Virus record (IMG/VR): IMGVR_UViG_3300001199_000004
From: a virus
Length of the DNA: 64,000 nt
Strand: one strand, 5' to 3'
Shown here: positions 36,356 through 46,397 of the stretch, piece after piece
Layout of the letters: the number at the start of each line of letters is the position of its first letter
Numbering within the stretch: position 1 is the stretch's first letter
Notes under the pieces: generated by a model
Seen by the model: the letters and a program-made list of their open reading frames with translations, nothing else
The model's database searches: none
What the model was told of the DNA's origin: nothing
Translations under genes and position numbers: made by a program

Positions 36356-36702
36356 TTGTTCACCATTACAGGCGGCTTCCAGCCCAATGTTATATTATCG
36401 TAATTACCAGCATTATACTTGCTGCCATAAGTATGACAAATTTCTTCCAAATTCGCAGTATCAACTGTTTCGATTTTAGGGCCTTTTTGTTTCAAAAAAG
36501 ACATAACCATCGTATGAACAGGCATTTCAACCCGTCCGCCAGTCTCCATCGCATTCAAAATCTCTGCCACATGACGAGCAAGAAACAATCGTACTTGCCA
36601 AGGAATACCTACACCAAATGTAATGTCATTGTTTTCATCATCATCACAAGTGACAATCGTTGTCTCATCATCCATTTCATGTTGAATTTCGTATTTTTTC
36701 AT
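36352..36702 (-). CDS. hypothetical protein
   Basis: Follows motif. Confidence 0.7.
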   Translation of the reverse strand: MKKYEIQHEMDDETTIVTCDDDENNDITFGVGIPWQVRLFLARHVAEILNAMETGGRVEMPVHTMVMSFLKQKGPKIETVDTANLEEICHTYGSKYNAGNYDNITLGWKPPVMVNK

Positions 36703-36731
36703 AATAACCTATAAGGTACAATTAAATGGAA

Positions 36732-36956
36732 TTATTCAGGAGTCCGTTCATCAACTATATCTTCGTAAGTCTCACAACTATAAGACATTACGCTGTCATC
36801 TTGGATTAATTCAACAGATACACCAAAATCAGTAAAAGTATATCTCAATTCCCCTAATGGTTGACCCTCTACCCCAAAATCAAAAGGAATAGATAACAAA
36901 AGCAACTCATCGGGAGTTTCAACAAACGTTTTACCACCATCTAAAGAGTATTTCAT
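36732..36956 (-). CDS. acidic hypothetical protein
   Basis: ATG 7 nt after TACCTT. Confidence 0.65.
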   Translation of the reverse strand: MKYSLDGGKTFVETPDELLLLSIPFDFGVEGQPLGELRYTFTDFGVSVELIQDDSVMSYSCETYEDIVDERTPE

Positions 36957-36972
36957 ATGATTTAAGGTACAA

Positions 36973-37650
36973 TTAAATGGAACAGGTAGATTTCTTTTCG
37001 ACTTTAGCAATCGCAGTCAAAATCAAATCCTTGTTTTTTCTCAATAACTCCGTAGCTGAATCTCCAAACGCATAAGATTCATGAAGCAATCCAGATTCAA
37101 TCAATTGAGTCCGCTTCGGCTCATAAATTTTAAGGCCATGATCGTAAACATGATCGTAAACATTAAAACCGCTGGAACCACACAATTCGTTAATCAATTC
37201 ACTAAAATCATGTGGAATTGGTTGAAACTTTTGGTAGTTAATTTCAATCCCACCATAAGAACTAACAGTATTGGTACGATTTACTACCTTGCCACGACAA
37301 GTAATTACCTTACTAACAGTTTCAGTCAACACAGGCAATACTTTCAGTCGTAATTCATTTCCAGGTAACACCAAAACTTTGTCAGTTCTAAGTATGGCAG
37401 TTGTATTTTCCCTCTTATTTTCAATTCCATTCGCATATACATGGATAGAATTGAATTCAAAATTTGCCAAACCACCCTTTTTTGCCAAGAAATAAAACTT
37501 GACAATCCTCACATCCTTACGAATTGTTGATTTATCCTTGAACTCCTTACGGCCCAAAAATTTAATCCATTTGGGATAACTCAACAATTCACATTTTAAG
37601 GAATTATTGATGGTTTTAGTAATGACGAACTTATTATCGACGATTTCCAT
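36973..37650 (-). CDS. hypothetical protein (225 aa)
   Basis: ATG 7 nt after TACCTT; stop inside motif. Confidence 0.8.
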   Translation of the reverse strand: MEIVDNKFVITKTINNSLKCELLSYPKWIKFLGRKEFKDKSTIRKDVRIVKFYFLAKKGGLANFEFNSIHVYANGIENKRENTTAILRTDKVLVLPGNELRLKVLPVLTETVSKVITCRGKVVNRTNTVSSYGGIEINYQKFQPIPHDFSELINELCGSSGFNVYDHVYDHGLKIYEPKRTQLIESGLLHESYAFGDSATELLRKNKDLILTAIAKVEKKSTCSI

Positions 37651-37655
37651 AATGT

Positions 37656-37961
37656 TTAAGGTACAATTAAATGATTTACAACTTTGATCTGATCGTAATA
37701 TCGCATTGATTTCTTGGCCTTCACTTCACGGGCCTTTTTCGTAGACCCATTAATTTCAACCTCTTGGGGCTCACCACAAGGGCGACTATATTCATATGGA
37801 ACGCCTTTGACTCCAGCTTTGATGAAATATTTCTCTTGGTCCTTCATCGCCTTCTTAACGTAGTCAAGAGCGTCCTGATGGGTCATATGCAAGCTATAAC
37901 CATCAGGACGGATTCCCCAACCTCGTTCACTCTCTTCCCAATGTTGAATAAATAATTTCAT
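37656..37961 (-). CDS. conserved phage protein (WEESERGWG.RPDG.SLH)
   Basis: Signature motif; ends HLIVP*. Confidence 0.8.
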   Translation of the reverse strand: MKLFIQHWEESERGWGIRPDGYSLHMTHQDALDYVKKAMKDQEKYFIKAGVKGVPYEYSRPCGEPQEVEINGSTKKAREVKAKKSMRYYDQIKVVNHLIVP

Positions 37962-38116
37962 AAGTGTGGCACTACTGGTTACGGCTGAATTAGTTCATGC
38001 TTCTCCACGGCCTAAATGTGGACGCACACTTATTATACTCTACTTAATGGAGACAGGTAGTGATTTCTCAATCTTTATGGCAGTAGCCGAAGCAACTTAT
38101 AGCCACCCGTCAAATA

Positions 38117-38515
38117 TTACTTTACTGACTCCACTGGCTTTTCCATCACTGCCAAAACACTCTCTGGGAAGCGGTCAAATTCCTCAAGACCAAATTGACG
38201 GAAGTAAGCACCCCAAAATTCACGCCGCTGAGCCACAGTACAACCCAACTGCCGCAAAGCCTTGGCCAAACTACGCTTCCGAGAAAGCGGCTTGTTCGGC
38301 GTCTTGCTGTCCAAAACACCCACTTCCACCAACCGCTCGTAATTGTCCTTGCCCTTGCCCGCACGGTCAATCACCGTGCTAATCAAACAAAATGCCTTCA
38401 TTCGCTTCGCAGAAGTAGCAACACCGCCCATCTTCTGCTTCGACGTAAGTTCAACCGCAAAACGACTAAAACGAACGTCAAACAAACCACCCGTAACCAA
38501 ATTTGCAACTCGCAT
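38117..38515 (-). CDS. basic hypothetical protein
   Basis: AGGA RBS after motif. Confidence 0.7.
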   Translation of the reverse strand: MRVANLVTGGLFDVRFSRFAVELTSKQKMGGVATSAKRMKAFCLISTVIDRAGKGKDNYERLVEVGVLDSKTPNKPLSRKRSLAKALRQLGCTVAQRREFWGAYFRQFGLEEFDRFPESVLAVMEKPVESVK

Positions 38516-38569
38516 ATTAATTCCTATTAAAAGATGACAACTAACTTTAAGGTACAATCAAATCAAATC

Positions 38570-39085
38570 CTACTCTTCTTCAATTTCTTCGTAGACAATT
38601 TTAATCTTCTTCGTCTTTACCGAATTGTCCACAACCACAATCTTGCCAATGTCCCCAGACTCCTCACCATCCCAATCAATTTCACCATTCAAAACACAAT
38701 GCCACGGGTCGAAAAACTTTTTAATCATATATCGAAGCCACTCAACATAATAATAAAACTTCTCTCCACCATCCCATTCTAAAGTTTTCCCATCTTCACT
38801 CACAACCCATTGACACCACAATCCAGGCTGAGTGCTTGGCGGGTTATTATTGTCAACAACGTCTTTTTGGTCATATCCATGTTGCCCGCCGCCAACATAA
38901 AATTCACCATCAATACCAACTGGCAAACCTACGGCCTCTCGTAAAATATCAGGATATTGTGCTGCTACCTCTGCCCGCCGCTTCATCCGACGAGAGCCAG
39001 AAAAAGCATTGATATAAGCTACTTGCCCTGCAGTCAATGCAGGCTCAATGTTACATTGACCACTAAAATCAGTATGATAACCCAT
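38570..39085 (-). CDS. conserved phage hypothetical protein (MGY.TDF.G...PGLWCQW...WDGGEKFY.YVEWL)
   Basis: Signature motifs; AAAGGA RBS. Confidence 0.85.
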   Translation of the reverse strand: MGYHTDFSGQCNIEPALTAGQVAYINAFSGSRRMKRRAEVAAQYPDILREAVGLPVGIDGEFYVGGGQHGYDQKDVVDNNNPPSTQPGLWCQWVVSEDGKTLEWDGGEKFYYYVEWLRYMIKKFFDPWHCVLNGEIDWDGEESGDIGKIVVVDNSVKTKKIKIVYEEIEEE

Positions 39086-39300
39086 TGTTTTCCTTTATTG
39101 TTGTGTCGTATAGTCTATAAGGTACAATTAAATGATACGTTCAAAATCAACCCGACTCTTTTTAATCATTTGAAAATCTTTCTCACCAATCACATCAATG
39201 TCATTGCCATTAGGGTAAATATAGGCAACAACATAATCTTGATTTTCAAATTCGGGAAAACCACCAATATAACGGCACTTTTCCCATTGCTTAGGATTTT

Positions 39301-39633
39301 TCATTTCTTAAACCTTGCCTCAAGAACCTCATAGGCAGCGTTGATCTTCTTCATCGACTCAACATCACCACCCTTATCAGGATGATGCTTAATCGCCAAC
39401 TTACGATACATCTTCACCACATCAGCCCAAGTCGAATCACCCTTCAAACCAAATACCACCATCGGGTCATCTGAACCCAATATCTCTACCGCCTTGTCAA
39501 AACCCATGCGGTCAAAGAAATCACCACGCCATTCCGAAGCAGAACCCCGTGGACCCTCATACTGCTCATAACCTTCAAGAAATCCCTTTTTAGGCTTTTT
39601 TCCAGTTCTTGTCAACGAATTTCTCCCGTCCAA
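39301..39633 (-). CDS. J-domain (DnaJ-like) protein
   Basis: YRKLAIKHHPDKGGD...KKINAAYEVL with HPD motif. Confidence 0.88.
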   Translation of the reverse strand: MDGRNSLTRTGKKPKKGFLEGYEQYEGPRGSASEWRGDFFDRMGFDKAVEILGSDDPMVVFGLKGDSTWADVVKMYRKLAIKHHPDKGGDVESMKKINAAYEVLEARFKK

Positions 39634-39851
39634 GGTTCCTCATGAGTAGGCAAACCCATTGCCTCCAAATGCTTACACTTACGATGACGTTTCCAACCAG
39701 GACAATCACAGGCCCAATGATGCTTTTTCTTGTGATGAGCTACCGTATAAAGACTGCCGCTACTTTCACTGCGAATTTTGAATCTATGCTCCCACAAATC
39801 ATTGTCGGGCAATGTAATTGAACCGCGAGGCTTGTAAAGTACCAAACTCAT
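39612..39851 (-). CDS. SWIM zinc-finger protein
   Basis: YTV...WACDCPGW...CKHL. Confidence 0.8.
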   Translation of the reverse strand: MSLVLYKPRGSITLPDNDLWEHRFKIRSESSGSLYTVAHHKKKHHWACDCPGWKRHRKCKHLEAMGLPTHEEPWTGEIR

Positions 39852-39890
39852 AAATTTTTCCTTTATCTTCTAAGGTACAATCAAATGAAA

Positions 39891-40373
39891 TTACGTATTC
39901 TGAGAATTCAACCAAGCTTGTTGGGCATAAGCATAACTGCAATAAGCCATTCCATTTACAATCCAATGTCCAGCATTGTTTTGTGTAATACCTGCCTTCG
40001 CCAAAACTTCCTCAAAATGAACATTGCTGTCCTTAGGATGATGCTTTAGAAAATATTCTTTGGTGGGCTTCATTATAAGCCCCTCATGATTATAATCCTT
40101 TTCTTTCTTTTCAAACAATAATTTTGCATCATCAAATCCATAGCCCAAACTAAGCTCATCACCTACAACCTGTAATATCTCAAAACATTGCTTGTCAAAA
40201 ATATAAGTAGGCCCTAATATAGCTTCAAACAAAGCCGTACTAATCGCCGCCTCTAAACCCTGACATACCGATGAAGATGTCATACAATCACCAACAAACC
40301 ACTCACCATCCTTATCACAAATTTCTTCTACCAATTTGACCACTGCCAAATTAGACCTATTTAATCCAAGCAT
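39891..40373 (-). CDS. hypothetical protein
   Basis: 160-aa ORF tiling behind 40379-41137. Confidence 0.7.
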   Translation of the reverse strand: MLGLNRSNLAVVKLVEEICDKDGEWFVGDCMTSSSVCQGLEAAISTALFEAILGPTYIFDKQCFEILQVVGDELSLGYGFDDAKLLFEKKEKDYNHEGLIMKPTKEYFLKHHPKDSNVHFEEVLAKAGITQNNAGHWIVNGMAYCSYAYAQQAWLNSQNT

Positions 40374-40378
40374 ATTAC

Positions 40379-41137
40379 CTAAACTGCCACAGATGACAGT
40401 TCCTTAAACTTTGAAACTCTAATCGGAACTGGGATGTCTACCCCATTCAATTCCGCAGTCGCCAACCAATCAATTTGAGTGTGCTTAACCCGCCAAGCAA
40501 ATCCTGTGTCATCACGAGCCACACATAAACGACGCTTACTGTTCACTGTAGAAACAGTATAAATCATCGACTCACCAACATTCAACTTAATCTTCATCCC
40601 CACCGACAAATCAACAATATGACGGCAAGCCAACTCTTTCCAACAATTCTCCCGTCCAACCTCTAATGATTGATGCACAACATGCTCAAAATTATAAGGT
40701 ACAACGGAATGATTCGCAAATAACTTCAAATAAGACTTCTTTTCAGTCGTTCCAGTATGAGCCACTAATCGAACACAATCCGTCCAACCATCATTGCCAC
40801 CACCACCACCAGATACATTCAAAATAAATGGAACTCCACCCATTTGACACTTCACATAGCTATATCCTTTTTCTGGAATCAATTCAATTTGGTCCTTAGG
40901 AACCAAAAAATGAAACTCCACTCCAGCCTTGGCAGTCCAAAACTTAGAACCACCAGAACGATAATGCTTATATTCAAAAATAGCACTCTGTTTGGCTGCA
41001 ACCTTTTCATGCTCAAATGATGCCGCAGCACAATTAAATGGAACCCCAACCACCAAAATGATATGGTCCCCTTCAGGCAACATTATCCGATAGTCTTCAG
41101 CAATCTTAAAACATGTACCTGCATTGCTCATTAACAT
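40379..41137 (-). CDS. hypothetical protein (252 aa)
   Basis: AAGGA RBS after motif. Confidence 0.8.
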   Translation of the reverse strand: MLMSNAGTCFKIAEDYRIMLPEGDHIILVVGVPFNCAAASFEHEKVAAKQSAIFEYKHYRSGGSKFWTAKAGVEFHFLVPKDQIELIPEKGYSYVKCQMGGVPFILNVSGGGGGNDGWTDCVRLVAHTGTTEKKSYLKLFANHSVVPYNFEHVVHQSLEVGRENCWKELACRHIVDLSVGMKIKLNVGESMIYTVSTVNSKRRLCVARDDTGFAWRVKHTQIDWLATAELNGVDIPVPIRVSKFKELSSVAV

Positions 41138-41177
41138 TTTTATTTTTCCTTATAGCCTTTAAGGTACAATCAATTCA

Positions 41178-41393
41178 TTACGACTTAGCTTGATCTAAAT
41201 GCGGGGTTAAATCAATTATAATTAACCCGTCAGTTGCCACAACATGCTGAAACTGTTCGCCTTTTTTATTAAATCGCACTAGTCTTTTTGGAGCAAACCC
41301 TTTTACTCGTTTACAGAACCATTGAGCGGCAGAGACGCAACCCATACGTCGCTTTTTATTTTGCCATTCTCTAATTGCTTGTGAAATGTTCAC
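41178..41393 (-). CDS. hypothetical protein
   Basis: GTGA coupling. Confidence 0.65.
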   Translation of the reverse strand: MNISQAIREWQNKKRRMGCVSAAQWFCKRVKGFAPKRLVRFNKKGEQFQHVVATDGLIIIDLTPHLDQAKS

Positions 41394-41614
41394 ATTACCA
41401 CCCTAAAATCATCGGGAATAGTAGATCCCTCAATCACTGGATTCGTTTCCCATGCCCTTTTGGCAGAACGAAAACCCAACCGCTCAGCAAGAGCATATAT
41501 TTCAGAATATGCCTTAAATTCCTCAAAAGAATCGTAATTGGCCTGCAGCCGACAACGATATCCCATCAAACCACTTTGACAACGCACACGGTAAGTTCTA
41601 TTTGTTTTATACAT
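41390..41614 (-). CDS. hypothetical protein
   Basis: ATG 7 nt after TACCTT. Confidence 0.7.
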   Translation of the reverse strand: MYKTNRTYRVRCQSGLMGYRCRLQANYDSFEEFKAYSEIYALAERLGFRSAKRAWETNPVIEGSTIPDDFRVVM

Positions 41615-41638
41615 AACCTTTAAGGTACAATCAAATGA

Positions 41639-42082
41639 CTAACCAGAAGAATCAACCCCCTCGATCATCGCACACTTCGTACACTGATTCACATGATAAC
41701 AATTGCCATAATGAGGAACCTTATGAAGGGCACACCATTCCATATTCTTTTCTTCCCAAATATGGGCACATCCAAGTCGCAAATAAATCGGCTCTTCAGT
41801 CCAAACGATTTTGTTTTCCTTCAGTGTCCAAGCTGATGGTTTAACAATACCTAAACCATGAGTATGTCCATACTCCAAATAAACATTTTTATAATACTTT
41901 TGAGTAATGCCTCCAATCATCAACACTTGCCTAAATTCCTGATACTGATAATGCTCATGATGCAAACTCCAGTATTCATGCCAATCAATAATGGAATGAG
42001 GCTCAGGCAAATCATTGAATCCGCCAATGTTCTTAAGATAAGGAAATGATGGAACCTTCTCACAATTAACTAATTTGTACAC
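41639..42082 (-). CDS. hypothetical protein, C-terminal CxH...H..C..C
   Basis: AAGGAG RBS. Confidence 0.75.
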   Translation of the reverse strand: MYKLVNCEKVPSFPYLKNIGGFNDLPEPHSIIDWHEYWSLHHEHYQYQEFRQVLMIGGITQKYYKNVYLEYGHTHGLGIVKPSAWTLKENKIVWTEEPIYLRLGCAHIWEEKNMEWCALHKVPHYGNCYHVNQCTKCAMIEGVDSSG

Positions 42083-42462
42083 ATTCGCTCCTTAATTAAT
42101 TCTGCCGTCTCATACCATGCAAAACAATCCGAATTGTCACCGGAAAACCACTTCTGGCCGCTTTCATCCTTATAAAATCGACAACCTTGCTCGTCGTAAG
42201 CCCATTCCCATTTGGGATTTTCGCCCCAAACTATATGCCTAAACAAATTATTGTAAAAACCTAGTGCCCAAGCATGGTCTTCATCTAACTCATCTGGAAT
42301 AGTATCAATATAACCTACCCATTTACCCAAATCCTTCCTACCCAACCTCTTCAGCTTACGAAACGACTTACACGCCTTTTCCGCAAAACAAACATCCGTT
42401 CCATGATAAATGGCAATCGGGGCTACCAAATCAAACAACATTTCATTTAATTCTTTATTCAT
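42070..42462 (-). CDS. hypothetical protein
   Basis: ATG 7 nt after TACCTT. Confidence 0.75.
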   Translation of the reverse strand: MNKELNEMLFDLVAPIAIYHGTDVCFAEKACKSFRKLKRLGRKDLGKWVGYIDTIPDELDEDHAWALGFYNNLFRHIVWGENPKWEWAYDEQGCRFYKDESGQKWFSGDNSDCFAWYETAELIKERMCTN

Positions 42463-42478
42463 ATCATTTAAGGTACAA

Positions 42479-42760
42479 TTAAATGGATTTTAACTCTTCG
42501 TCCCATGCCGCCTGCAACTCAGCATAATCTTCGTCAATATCACCACCAAATTTTAGAATGTCAAAACCATGTTGTCGGTCTAAGTCATTGTCCCCATTGA
42601 TTTTAAGAATGTTCAAACCTTGATGGTATCCACCATAAACATGAAACAAAACACAATTACAAGGATCTTTAATGGACATGCCAATACACTTCTTCCGCCA
42701 ACTACGATCACCAATATTTACATCAATCACAGCCGCTCCACGAGATACATTTTCTTTCAT
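42479..42760 (-). CDS. hypothetical protein
   Basis: AAAGGA RBS; stop inside motif. Confidence 0.7.
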   Translation of the reverse strand: MKENVSRGAAVIDVNIGDRSWRKKCIGMSIKDPCNCVLFHVYGGYHQGLNILKINGDNDLDRQHGFDILKFGGDIDEDYAELQAAWDEELKSI

Positions 42761-42777
42761 GTTTTATCCTTTATATT

Positions 42778-42813
42778 AAAAAATCCCCCCAAGGAAAAAT
42801 CCAAGGGGGGATT
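42778..42813 (-). terminator. intrinsic terminator
   Basis: AATCCCCC/GGGGGATT stem with A-run. Confidence 0.7.
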
Positions 42814-42837
42814 CATAAATCCTATCTCTGTCAAGAC

Positions 42838-43161
42838 TTACGCGACTTGAGCCACTTCCTCAGCAACCTCAGAAGCCACTACTTCCGCCTTGGCAACCAC
42901 AGGGCGACCACGAGTCAACTCGACATTGTGACCCTTGCACAACTTGCCCGCAGTCGGAGCCGAAATCGACACCTTCTCCGAAGCCTTCTCAGACGAACCC
43001 ACCTTCGCTTGGAAGGTTACACCCTCAGTGGCAAGGAAAATCAGGCCGTACTTAATGCCCTTCTCCTTCAACACCTTGACCACGGCCTTTTCACGGGCAT
43101 TGGCCGACTTCACATCGTAAGCAAACGCACAAGGACGACCAACCGAATTCTTTTCCGACAT
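42838..43161 (-). CDS. small Lys/Ala-rich protein with GRP motifs (possible DNA binder)
   Basis: GGGAG RBS; VGRP and RGRP; own terminator. Confidence 0.75.
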   Translation of the reverse strand: MSEKNSVGRPCAFAYDVKSANAREKAVVKVLKEKGIKYGLIFLATEGVTFQAKVGSSEKASEKVSISAPTAGKLCKGHNVELTRGRPVVAKAEVVASEVAEEVAQVA

Positions 43162-43255
43162 CTAAACAACTCCCTATAAAAAGTATCAACCACCCTATCT
43201 TAATCGAATCACTCGACTCGACTTTTCTCATAACCTCTAAGGTACAATCAAATGA

Positions 43256-43432
43256 TTATCTTAAACTTTCATGCTTCTTTTCAATAATCATAAAAACTAT
43301 TGCATTAATCATTAACACAAAAAACGCAATGAATTGCTGCCCAGGCGATGGAACCATCAAACCAGTTTTCCATAAAAATGAACAAACCAGAGCTTGACCA
43401 GCCATGCCAGAAACAAAAGTTGAAGTTTTCAT
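43256..43432 (-). CDS. small membrane protein
   Basis: Hydrophobic; AAGGA RBS. Confidence 0.6.
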   Translation of the reverse strand: MKTSTFVSGMAGQALVCSFLWKTGLMVPSPGQQFIAFFVLMINAIVFMIIEKKHESLR

Positions 43433-43470
43433 TTTCTTTTCCTTATAACCTCTAAGGTACAATCAAATGA

Positions 43471-43818
43471 TTATCTTGCAAATCTTTCCTGCAGACCAAT
43501 CACAATAAATGGAGCTAACTCCAAATTATCATCAGATAACAATGTGTCTATCTGTTCTTCTAACGTCCCAGAACCACAAATAGACGTAAGTTCACAGTTG
43601 TTCCCACCGTAATTCAAAAACTCTAACCGAAACTCATTCCATGTTATAGAATAAAGAAATTGAATGTGAGTCCCGCCTGCATCGTTCACTGGGATATTCA
43701 AACACCAAAAATGTTCAGACATTTGAACAAATCCACACTTAAATCCCCAACGATGAAGCAGTTTACGAACATTATTCAAAAATTGAACCGCTTGAGTATT
43801 GTATTTTTTTAATTGCAT
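43471..43818 (-). CDS. hypothetical protein
   Basis: Start moved past the hairpin at 43836-43867. Confidence 0.65.
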   Translation of the reverse strand: MQLKKYNTQAVQFLNNVRKLLHRWGFKCGFVQMSEHFWCLNIPVNDAGGTHIQFLYSITWNEFRLEFLNYGGNNCELTSICGSGTLEEQIDTLLSDDNLELAPFIVIGLQERFAR

Positions 43819-43881
43819 ATTATTTAAAAATGAAAAATGGGTTGGGGCACAATTACCCCAACCCATTAAGGTACAATCAAA

Positions 43882-44193
43882 TCACTTGCCACGAGACAAC
43901 TTAGATCCAGTCCGACTTACCTTCCGACCATCTTCCAATCGATCCTGGTAAGCGTTCTGATTCGGTCCCAATGAAGTATCCTTACACAACCATGTAGCAC
44001 GATTGTCAATTTCCTCATAAAACGCATACAACGCAGAATCAACCTTGCCTCCCTTAGCCTCAACCTCATTAATGTGCTTCTTCAACACACTAATCAACTC
44101 TTCAGCTAAAGATAAATTGAAACTACATACAAAATCCCCGAAAACATAACGATAAACACTAAACTTCGGAGCCTCGTCCAAACTACTACTCAT
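43882..44193 (-). CDS. hypothetical protein
   Basis: GAGGGG RBS. Confidence 0.7.
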   Translation of the reverse strand: MSSSLDEAPKFSVYRYVFGDFVCSFNLSLAEELISVLKKHINEVEAKGGKVDSALYAFYEEIDNRATWLCKDTSLGPNQNAYQDRLEDGRKVSRTGSKLSRGK

Positions 44194-44279
44194 TGAATTC
44201 CCTCTATAGTTGTAAAATACAAGTAGCCAATAAACCACCTATATTCCCATCTTACCTCACAAATTCTACCTGTCAACCA

Positions 44280-44504
44280 TTATTTTCTAAGAACATTGTC
44301 CCTTATCATAAAATATAAAAACATCACCAAAAATGCCAATAATGTCCAAAACCAATTAATGGCACCCAAAAATGAAAAAAATACTGCCGAAGCATAATCA
44401 TCGTCTGGAAGCTCCGACCAATAACATATTACCGTACTTATCACAAATATAACAATGGCTATACCCAAGTAAACCTGGATAAGCCATAAGGGAATATACA
44501 TCAT
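44280..44504 (-). CDS. two-TM membrane protein
   Basis: Two hydrophobic helices. Confidence 0.65.
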   Translation of the reverse strand: MMYIPLWLIQVYLGIAIVIFVISTVICYWSELPDDDYASAVFFSFLGAINWFWTLLAFLVMFLYFMIRDNVLRK

Positions 44505-44728
44505 TCATCTTCAATTCGTAAAAGTGGCCCCCACCATGCTCGTTTCTTTGCCATCTCAATAGCATCATAACCAACATGCTGCATTATATCAGCCAACTCC
44601 TGATCCATCGCACGTAAACATCGTCCATGAAAATCAACCTTTTGTTTTAATTTAAAATGATTAATCGTTAAATAGCAAGTTAATGCCATCCAAGATAACA
44701 TCACCAAAATAAAAAGCCAAGCCCCCAT
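44501..44728 (-). CDS. membrane-anchored hypothetical protein
   Basis: N-terminal TM; TAATG coupling. Confidence 0.65.
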   Translation of the reverse strand: MGAWLFILVMLSWMALTCYLTINHFKLKQKVDFHGRCLRAMDQELADIMQHVGYDAIEMAKKRAWWGPLLRIEDE

Positions 44729-44970
44729 TATCTTGTCTCAAATGATTTAATGCCTGTCACAATATCAGACCTATGGCGACTTACCAAATTGTAAGCAGTA
44801 ACCAAATCATCCAATAAATATGTTTCCCGATGACGTAACACCAAATCTCCATTATCGTCCAAACCTACCTCGAAAAATAAATTCTGACTAAATAATGGAC
44901 ATATCATCATCATCTGGTCACGGTCTATGACCACAATGCTATAACTCTTCTCTACTATCGTTTTACGCAT
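44728..44970 (-). CDS. hypothetical protein
   Basis: Overlap coupling. Confidence 0.6.
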   Translation of the reverse strand: MRKTIVEKSYSIVVIDRDQMMMICPLFSQNLFFEVGLDDNGDLVLRHRETYLLDDLVTAYNLVSRHRSDIVTGIKSFETR

Positions 44971-45758
44971 GAACTAAATCCCCTCAAAAACAATCGTCGG
45001 GCTCTTTCACCCAATTCCCTATCCCTAAATTTTACCGCACTCAAATGAATACCACCACCAAACAAACCATCACTAACATTCATGCAATCACAAAGCCCAT
45101 CCCGTGCCGCAACCACTATCTCATCACGAGTCCAACTATACAAATCACAACGAGGATTACGTACCCCATCCCAATGATATAATGCATAAAAGAATTTAAT
45201 CTCTTCCATTTCATCTGCAAACTCAACTGGCTCATTATGGAAATACTTCCAAATCGGCCCACGAGATACCAATTCTAAATCACTATCGCCATAACTGCAA
45301 TAGCTGCCCCCACTTCGATTAGGACTCACTCGGTAATGAGGCATTGGTGAACCATCATTCCGCTTTTGTGTCATCCAACCATAATCAATACCCGTTACCA
45401 CATTGTCGTCAAAATAACCACGAGGACCAACTACCTTAACCTCATCCCATTCATAAAACTCAGTTTCAGGCAAATCTCGCAATCGCTTATTCTCTGCACC
45501 ATAAAATGACTTGTTAGACTTCAAATGACATGAACTAATCGAAGTTTCCTTGCCATCAGGAAATCGTACTATCGGCCAAGAATGATTCTCATAGATACCA
45601 GGAACCCTACCAAAGGAACCTAAACGACCATAAGGAATCTCTCCCCAACCAATTATTTCAACTTCCATGCCGTCAGGACCAGGATTATAGCCCCAAGACC
45701 GACTTTCCTCACCAATGTTAATTGTGGCCTTATCGCCAATTTGAATAATGTTTTTCAT
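44955..45758 (-). CDS. hypothetical phage protein
   Basis: GAGGA RBS after motif; long ORF. Confidence 0.8.
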   Translation of the reverse strand: MKNIIQIGDKATINIGEESRSWGYNPGPDGMEVEIIGWGEIPYGRLGSFGRVPGIYENHSWPIVRFPDGKETSISSCHLKSNKSFYGAENKRLRDLPETEFYEWDEVKVVGPRGYFDDNVVTGIDYGWMTQKRNDGSPMPHYRVSPNRSGGSYCSYGDSDLELVSRGPIWKYFHNEPVEFADEMEEIKFFYALYHWDGVRNPRCDLYSWTRDEIVVAARDGLCDCMNVSDGLFGGGIHLSAVKFRDRELGERARRLFLRGFSSCVKR

Positions 45759-45776
45759 ATATCCTCTAAGGTACAA

Positions 45777-46397
45777 TCAAATGAATCCTAACTTCTTCTT
45801 CTCTCGTTTGTTCAACTGCTTCTTCTTACGGTAAATCATTATTGGTTTAGACAAATAAATCGAAACTTCTTCGACATATTCTACCTCATACCAAATACCT
45901 TCCTCATTCTTATAAGTCTTTTTACCAATCTTCTTAATGGAAGTATCTTCATTTGGCTTAAATTTGGTGCGGGCCTTTTTAACAACCTTCAAAATGCCAT
46001 CATCCATCACGTAAAATTGAGGACGACGACCAAACCGATTAACCTCAACTCCCATCGAATCATAAATCTTATGGTCTTTCTTGAAACATCCAAAAGAAAC
46101 CATCCACTTAATATGATCCAATAAATGCTGATGTTGTAAATTGGAAGAACCAAAATTTACCTTAATGTCCGAATAAACCTTATTCCAAGGTCTACCTACC
46201 TGTTTCTCCATCCAACGATACAAAGGACTAATCAAATCCGTGAATTCCTTGGAACCACGACCCATGCTCATTGGGGATTTTTTAATCGAAAAATCTTCGT
46301 GAAGTTCCTTTTCTCCCATTCTCTTGCCAGAACGATAAACACCACCACCACCCACTCGGGGACGTTCTGTCAATACCTTATCGAAATCTTCTCTCAT
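45777..46397 (-). CDS. conserved hypothetical protein (L..QVGRPW.KVYS.I type)
   Basis: Signature motif; ATGA coupling. Confidence 0.8.
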   Translation of the reverse strand: MREDFDKVLTERPRVGGGGVYRSGKRMGEKELHEDFSIKKSPMSMGRGSKEFTDLISPLYRWMEKQVGRPWNKVYSDIKVNFGSSNLQHQHLLDHIKWMVSFGCFKKDHKIYDSMGVEVNRFGRRPQFYVMDDGILKVVKKARTKFKPNEDTSIKKIGKKTYKNEEGIWYEVEYVEEVSIYLSKPIMIYRKKKQLNKREKKKLGFI

